Both the position numbers and the translations under genes were made by a program. Of a DNA stretch of 57,832 bases, positions 57,481 through 57,832 are shown piece by piece. The notes below the pieces were generated by a model, which searched no databases, had not been told where the DNA came from, and saw nothing but the letters and a program-made list of their open reading frames with translations. Source of the DNA: Candidatus Epulonipiscium sp. Lineage in GTDB: Bacteria > Bacillota > Clostridia > Lachnospirales > JAAYNZ01. Within the stretch, counting starts at the first letter, position 1. Every line of letters starts with the position of its first letter. The stretch is from contig JAAYSE010000127.1 of assembly GCA_012524135.1 (NCBI GenBank), forward strand, positions 1-57,832, given 5' to 3'.

Positions 57481-57643
57481 GAGTATTATATAAATAATTC
57501 TTTTTAAATATCAAACATCAAAAAGTATAAAATTAAAGCTTTAAAAACAGTTAAAAAATGATATAATAAAGAACAAGAGTAGATTTTATGAATTGGACAT
57601 TTTTATTAAAGTATATTATATTTAAGATATAGGAGGGCTTAAT

Positions 57644-57832
57644 ATGGCTGGAAAACTAACGAATGAATTAGGAACTGTTCTAATAGAAAACGAAGTTATT
57701 TCACGTATTGCTGGTTTAGCAGCTATAGAATGTTATGGCGTAGTAGGTATGGCAGCTAAAAATATGACTGATGGATTAGTTCAGTTATTAAAAAGAGAAA
57801 GTTTAACAAAAGGAATTAAAATTTTAATGACA
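57644..57832 (+). CDS. Asp23/Gls24-family protein (YloU-like), 3' end cut by the window edge
   Basis: MAGKLTNELGTVLIENEVISRIAGLAAIECYGVVGMAAK. RBS AGGAGGG. Divergent from rpmB, as in B. subtilis yloU. Confidence 0.8.
   Translation, partial: MAGKLTNELGTVLIENEVISRIAGLAAIECYGVVGMAAKNMTDGLVQLLKRESLTKGIKILMT

Noticed and set aside
57401-57643. Small ORF (14 aa, MNWTFLLKYIIFKI) or a leader RNA in the rpmB/asp23 divergent intergenic region
   Set aside because: The ORF has no RBS and is very short. The region is adequately explained by divergent promoters, and no stable structure was seen.
1-57832. Mobile elements, prophage, genomic island, CRISPR-Cas, toxin-antitoxin or defence systems
   Set aside because: I recognised no integrase, transposase, recombinase, Cas, restriction-modification or TA-like ORF. 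Apart from the pilus locus, gene order follows the conserved Firmicute core chromosome. Composition is uniform except for the structured-RNA region.

Overview
Low-GC chromosomal segment of an endospore-forming Firmicute with Clostridia/Bacilli-type gene order. It carries about 75 genes, all on the + strand except rqcH and rpmB. (1) 1-15969 is a large type IV pilus (T4P) locus built from two assembly modules. The upstream module has giant minor pilins, pilM, pilN, an extended pilO and an SLH-anchored repeat protein. The downstream module has pilB, pilC, pilA, a pilMN fusion, pilO and four minor pilins. (2) 16075-20332 holds yqeG-aroE-aroK-aroQ, an M24 Xaa-Pro peptidase and efp. (3) 20801-26115 is the complete spoIIIAA-AH operon. 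(4) 26223-29956 holds an Asp23-family gene, nusB, xseA, xseB, ispA and a YuiD-like PAP2 gene. (5) 29957-30652 is a 696-nt ORF-free, sharply GC-enriched, hairpin-dense gap. It sits in exactly the genomic position known for OLE (ornate, large, extremophilic) RNA and is followed by a 4-TM OapA-like gene. I rate this the most notable element in the window. (6) Next come dxs, tlyA, nadK, argR, recN, spoIVB, spo0A, then rqcH (-), yicC, remA, gmk, rpoZ, priA, def, fmt, DUF116, a Zn-peptidase, rsmB, rlmN, a PP2C phosphatase, prkC, rsgA, rpe and thiN. (7) Two small ORFs are missing from the supplied track: a 48-aa membrane peptide and a 26-aa SpoVM-like peptide. They are followed by a perfect 56-nt palindrome, rpmB (-) and a 3'-truncated Asp23-family gene. 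I saw no rRNA, tRNA, CRISPR array, transposase or integrase. All calls rest on motif recognition in the translations, RBS/start inspection and synteny; no database search was run.
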